Shown: positions 58,230 to 64,000 of the stretch, piece by piece
Layout of the letters: each line of letters begins with the position of its first letter
Position numbering within the stretch: the stretch's first letter is position 1
NCBI GenBank assembly: GCA_951406725.2
Contig: OX597821.1
Location: 10,850,001-10,914,000, forward strand
Length of the DNA: 64,000 bases
Reading direction: 5' to 3'
From: Octopus vulgaris
Lineage: Eukaryota
The notes under the pieces: generated by a model
The model's input: the letters and a program-made list of their open reading frames with translations, nothing else
Told to the model about the DNA's origin: nothing
Database searches by the model: none
Program-made: the position numbers and the translations under genes

Positions 58230-58394
58230 GGCGCAGGAGTGGCTGTGTGGTAAGTAGCTTGCTAATCAACAACATGGTTCCGGGTTCAGTCCCACTGCGT
58301 GGCATCTTGGGCAAGTGTCTTCTGCTATAGCCTCGGGCCGACCAATGCCTTGTGAGTGGATTTGGTAGACGGAAACTGAAAGAAGCCTGTCGTT

Positions 58395-58445
<51 letters not shown>

Positions 58446-58660
58446 TTGTGTATCTGTGTTTGTCCCCCTAGCATTGCTTGACAACCGATGCTGTTGTGTT
58501 TACGTCCCCGTCACTTAGCGGTTCGGCAAGAGAGACCGATAGAATAAGTACTGGGTTTACAAAGACTAAGTCCCGGGATCGATTTGCTCGACTAAAGGCG
58601 GTGCTCCAGCATGGCCGCAGTCAAATGGCTGAAACAAGTAAAAGAGAAAAGAGAGTAAGA
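58230..58660 (+). mobile_element. SINE S1, full length
   Basis: tRNA-like head ggcgcaggagtggctgtgtggtaag..ggttcagtccc, central TA/TG tract, tail ggcggtgctccagcatggccgcagtcaaatggctgaaacaagtaaaagag. Confidence 0.92.
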
Positions 58661-59649
58661 GTATATATACTTCTTTATAGTTAAATATAATAAAAACTAC
58701 AAATATAATGAAGTAAGAAAGCGGTTTCGCATCTCATCTAATGCCTCGTAGGAAGGTGAACAGCTATATGAATCACTAGTACGTGAAGCATATTACTTTG
58801 CGGTATTTCTTCTGAAGCACTATTTTCTGAGTTCAAATCTTGCACAGCTGGACATTGCATTCGTTCTTTCTATGTCAATAAAGTGTCATTCAAGGGCTAA
58901 TGTCGATATAATGAACTTGCTCCTCAAAATTGCTGACCTTGCACCAAAAATTAATTAAAAATTATATACATTTTTGGAATGAATTCTTACCCACTATTCG
59001 CATATATATCTCTATAGGTTGGGAAAAAAATTATTTTGATTTAATATTTTACTCCAGAAGCACTTTTGGTTTCCATGACATTTTCCAACTTTCTCATACT
59101 CGTGAGGTTGTTGAGTGAGCTGCTTGACCTTTTAAATGTATTTTTATCTCTAGGGAGTCATATACGCAGAAAAAACAGACTTCCGGAATTAGACGTTACT
59201 ATACTACTACTACTATTACCAGTCTGTTTAAGTTCATTATGACTAACTAGGCTAGCATTTACATGCTTTTCAGAAACGTAGCGTGGGAGATAACGTGATT
59301 ATTGGCTTCTATTTCTAGTCGGTAATCAATCACTTCTTGGATTTTCTATCCCTCCTTTCTTCGAGCATTCAGTGAGGGACGACAAATGCCTTGGACGTCA
59401 AGTCTGTTACGGAAACTAAATAATGATAACAGCAATCACTTTGACAATAATAGTTTTGGCAGAAAACCAGCAATTTTTGGAAATGCAGGTAATCGATTAC
59501 AGTGAGCTAGCCCTCAACTGGTACTTATTTTATCGACCGAAAATGATTAAAGGCAAGGTCGAATCGGTTAAATTTGAATTCAGTTTTATAAGTCGTATGT
59601 AAATACTTATAAGTTTTTGCCCAGTGTTGAACGATTTTGTCTACTCGTT

Positions 59650-60650
59650 AGTTCTTTGGTGCATACTGTCCATCGTTTTAGGACTGACGTTAAGATGGAA
59701 TTCGGTCTTAACAAATGTGATGCAATGAGTATGAAAAGGGGCAATATGCAGTCCTAGCAGAGAGAGAATTACCAAATTGAGAAATAATGAAAGTAATTGA
59801 AACTGAAGGATCTAAGTATTTTGGCACACAGTCGTGGAGAAGGAAATAAAAGAACAGCTGAAGAAACAGTATTTCCGAAGACTACGATTGGAGTTGCTCT
59901 CGAACTTGATTGGATAGAATAAATTCAAAATAGTAAATTTGATAGCATCACTTAGATACGGAGATGCAAACATAAATTGGTAAAAGAATGAGCTGTTGAG
60001 TATGGATATGGAGACAGAAATTATTGGCACTGTACGGAGCATCCCATTCCAAGAGTGATGCCGATCTTTAGTACCTCTCAAGGCGAAAGTGTAGGAGAAG
60101 TTTGACAACTTGTCAGGTTTGGGTTGAATAGGAGTATGTTGGTAGTATGTTGATGCCTTTGAAGAAATCCGATGTCGTCAATGCAAATAATAGTATTGGG
60201 AAATAGATATTTAAAGGGGTAAAAAGCACAGAAAAGAAATGTCATGGAAAGGGGAAAAAATGTACGGCCAGTTTGTAGGAGATACGAGCGATAAGACGAA
60301 TACAGAAGACCGGTGATTATGTATGCAGAGGAGCGACTTCAATAATGAAAGGAAATCACTTTTATGCGCGGTATAAGATCAATCATTGAGGAAAAACTAT
60401 GTGATACGTAGAATTGGTAAGACAACCGAGAGCGACAAATACAGAATGTTTGGGGAGAGGGGACAAACATTTGGAACGCTGTTAATAAGTGCCTGAAATT
60501 AGCACAACTTTAATAGAAAAGGGAACATAACAATGTAGCAAAAATTATTTATTGGAAGCTTTGTGAATATAATGGTGTAGAAAGGGCATAAATGTGGTTT
60601 GACCGGAATGCAATGACTCAGTGTGTCCATCATATTAAACATCGAAATTC
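59650..60650 (+). mobile_element. R4/Dong-like LINE RT/thumb fragment, decayed
   Basis: TVHRFRTDVKMEFGLNKC, KQYFRRLR, SLRYG, MYGQF. Confidence 0.7.
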
Positions 60651-61059
60651 GGACATTTTTGTAGGTAAGAGAAAATAAATACATACCTGATAATTGACAT
60701 AGGATGCCTTGTTGACGACGGAAATGAAGAGAAAGAAGAAGAAAAATGTGAAGGACAATGATGAATTGAAATGTGACAGACGCAGCTTGAGTGAAATGAA
60801 GAGAGTAAACAAGATAGCAACGTAGCTCTAAAAGACTGCAACGAATGTATAGAACACCTACTGATATCATCAATGCTGGAGAAGTACGAGATTTCTCCAC
60901 GTGGCTCTGGAAGTATGAGTAAAGAAGTGTCACGTTATAATGCTGGCAGTGGAGAGCTAACATTTTACATCATAGGTATCATCAGAAGTTTGAGATTTTT
61001 CATGAACAAAAAAAAATAAGGAGGAGGAAGTGGGGGAGGGTAATTAATAACTAACGACT

Positions 61060-62400
61060 GACTCATTAGAAGGGCGCATGCAATCAACTGCGAAGGCACC
61101 CAATAACTAAATGGTCAGACATCAAAATCATTGAAAAGAGGAGAGAGTTATAATATTAAGTATTAATATATGACAGATTACTAACAACAAAAACGATACT
61201 TGAAAAGGATTATTTCAGTAGAGTGAGGAAGCTAATGAAGTGAAAGCTAAATGGTTCGAATCCGATGAAGGTAAGGTTGTAAATACTTGGGCAATATCAT
61301 TACTTAGTTACTCAGCAGCTTTTGTAGATTGGACAAAAACTGAATTAGCAAAGCTAGAGATAAGAACTAGGAAGGATTTCAATATGAACAGAGTACTCCA
61401 CCCAAGTGAAGGAGTAGCAAGATTATACCAACGTAGAAAGGAATGTGGAAGAAGGTAAATATCAGTAGAAGACTGTGTGGAAGTAAATTGAGTAGATAGA
61501 CTCCTATGTAGGTAATAGTGAAGAAAGTTTATTAAAAGCTGTTAGAGTCACGGCAAGACACAGGGAAACCAAGACAACAAACGAACTTAAAAACCAGAAA
61601 AATGAAACAGAAATTACTTGACTGGCAGGAGGAATCGTTGCATGGTAGATTCCCAAAGACAGTTTCAGCAAATAGTAGTAGTGAGACATGGTTATGGCTG
61701 CAGAAACGGAAGCTGAATAGCGTGACAGCGAGTTTGTTAGTAACTGAACAGGATCAAGCATTAAGGACTACTTGGATACACGCCCAAATAGGCAAAGTAC
61801 TAAGTAGATTGCCAATGTATATTATACAAATCAAAATAGGAAAGCGTTACACATATAGTAAGTGGATGTAGCATGTTGGTACAGACAGAAGACACGAAAA
61901 AACATGACAATCTAGGTAGAGCAATCCAGTGGGAGCATTGTAGAAAGCTAGGATTTGAGCATACTGATAAAATGGTATGAATATTAACCTAGTAAAGTAC
62001 TAGAAAGTAAGAAATAGCAATAGAGGGTAGAATGTCTGATTTAGTAGTAGTATATAAAGAGAATAGAAAGTGCCAGGTAATTGATTTTACAGTCTCAAAT
62101 GATGCAAGTATTAATAAGGGAAGTACAGAAAATGGAGCAATGTGCCATGAATTACCTATTGGATTACTAAGACTATGGACAGTGCGGGTAAAATTTATCC
62201 CAGTAGTTATAGTGCATTGGGAACTTTCCCTAAACATCTGTTCAGATATATAGCGGGAAGTTGCATAAAACACAGTACAGCTGCAGAAAACACTGTTATT
62301 AGGAACAGCTAAGATACCTAGGAGGGTTCTTGGCATCTAAGGCTACTTGTAGCCCGATTTTAGGAATCATTTCCATTGCAACAGTCTAATCTTATAATAA
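61060..62400 (+). mobile_element. R4/Dong-like LINE 3' half ending in (AAT)n
   Basis: NTWAISLLSYSAAFVDWTKTELAKLEIRTRK, WQEESLHGRF, EQDQALRT, IPVVI, LQKTLLLGTAKIPRRVL. Confidence 0.88.
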
Positions 62401-62414
62401 TAATAATAATAATT

Positions 62415-62817
62415 ACCAGGCACTGACTCGCATGGCTTCTGATTTTATATGATAGAAAGTATTATCATCTACATGCTTTGTCTTGGTGTAAAATATTTGC
62501 TTGTCAGATGCTTCAACCTAACCAGTTGAGCTTGTCGTTTGGTTGCTGACGATATTTGCATCTCTGATTACGTTACATACGTAGGGGGCGAGCATCATAG
62601 CCAAGTGAGTGTTTCCTTCAACATCGTTATACTACTCTTATTCAGGACCTTTTGATCGGGATGTTCTACTCAACCTGAACAAAATTCTAACTGGACCCCA
62701 CCTGCAAGTTCATGAACTAGTGTAGCCTTATCAAACACATAGTCATGATGGGTATACTGGGCTTCGTATATTCTATCCCAGTGTCACTTTCATGGCATGC
62801 ACTGCTCTCTCACTAAA
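62415..62817 (+). mobile_element. Non-coding repeat family T, second copy
   Basis: Homologous to 43572-44020; directly follows (AAT)n. Confidence 0.65.
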
Positions 62818-63054
62818 TGAGTTTGATGATGCGGATGATGATGATGATGATTACAGCAACAATAATATTGGCACAAAACCAGTAAATTCAGGGAAGGGTG
62901 TAAGCTGATTACATCAAACCCAGTACTCAACTGCTATTTATTTTAGCGATTACGGGGTGTGAAAGTAGACCTTAGCATACCTTGAACAGCAAAGATGACG
63001 GAATACCACTAAGCTTTTTAACCGGTGTTGCAAAGATTATACCTGCTCGCTACC

Positions 63055-63117
<63 letters not shown>

Positions 63118-63148
63118 GGAAGAAGAAGAAGAAGAAGAAAAAGAAGAA
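63055..63148. repeat. (AAT)n(GAA)n microsatellite
   Basis: Directly visible. Confidence 0.95.
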
Positions 63149-63149
63149 G

Positions 63150-63975
63150 TGAAAGATACCCAAACTGAATGGCCTGAAGCCAGTGTGGAAAATATTATTG
63201 CAAGGATTGAAAAATTGCTAGCAAGTAAAACTGTCCGGGAACAATTGGCTTAAAGGTGGAAGTCGTACATTCTGCATGGCAAATATGTGGCCAGTAGCAA
63301 TAAAGCTGATGTTGAACTGAAACACTCCGATGAATGATTAAGAATTTCAGGGCTACAGGCAAATAGCAAAGGTTTCAACTTAGCTGCATAAGATCAACGC
63401 TTCTTTACACGGAACTGCCAAGTTAATGTGAATAAAAATTCAATCTTTGGAATTAGAATTTTATCTCCAGTAGAGAATAAATCAAGACGTGACAGTGTTG
63501 GCCAATATCTATTCTGATTAATATGTCGGCATTATAAAGCCAAAACTGTTGATCGGTGGTGAGGACATTGCTCTCAGGATGTAAATGAGGAAGAAAATAT
63601 AACGAAGATTTGTGATTTTCTAGTATATACAGACAGAAGAATTAAAGCTAATACACCAAACACTTTTGTAAAAGACCAACATAATAAATTATGTTTATTG
63701 ATTGACGTAGGTTCTCCTTGTGATCATATTTCGGCAAAAGAATCTGTCAAGCTCAGATTATATAAAAATTGGCTCGTTGAAATTTATAAAAATGTGGTAT
63801 TTCAAGCGCTTTCAGTACCAGTAATTGTAAGAGCACTAGGAATGGAATGGTCAAAATAGGAACCAAACATTATTTGCGAATGATCCCTGGCTTATCCTTC
63901 TCTGCAAGAAGTGCATAAGGTTGTTTTAACTGTCATGTCACATATATTGAGTACAGTAATTTCACCGTGAGAATA
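63150..63975 (+). mobile_element. R4/Dong-like LINE 3' part, decayed
   Basis: LHGKY, TDRRIKANTP, LLIDVGSPCD, VPVIVRALG. Confidence 0.75.
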
Positions 63976-64000
63976 ATGCCTTCCATACAAAAATTCTGTC

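Overview
AT-rich, microsatellite-dense eukaryotic genomic DNA, very probably an octopus (coleoid cephalopod). That assignment is inferred from the tRNA-derived SINE families. Nearly all ORF-track entries are artefacts of (TA)n, (CA)n, (AAT)n and (TATG)n tracts. Host coding sequence I can support: one minus-strand internal exon of a neprilysin/ECE-like M13 peptidase (53853-53987), and two phase-compatible minus-strand exons (37545-37601, 34909-35158) that end an unidentified protein. The rest is layered transposon debris: three SINE families, many R4/Dong-like RLE LINE pieces at (TAA)n tracts, Tx1-, CR1/L2- and RTE-like LINE fragments, a mariner fragment and a solo LTR with a 4-bp TSD. The most interesting layer is a set of Penelope-like/retrozyme elements embedded in (TA)n tracts. 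Several have fold-back architecture with both 3' ends facing the flanking TA tracts, and they carry minimal type-I hammerhead ribozyme motifs. These include a ~350-nt tandem-plus-inverted retrozyme-like element (19529-20414) and a hammerhead with an apparent compensatory G3-C8 core swap (8433-8483). All calls were made by eye. TE boundaries are approximate unless a TSD or splice site is quoted.
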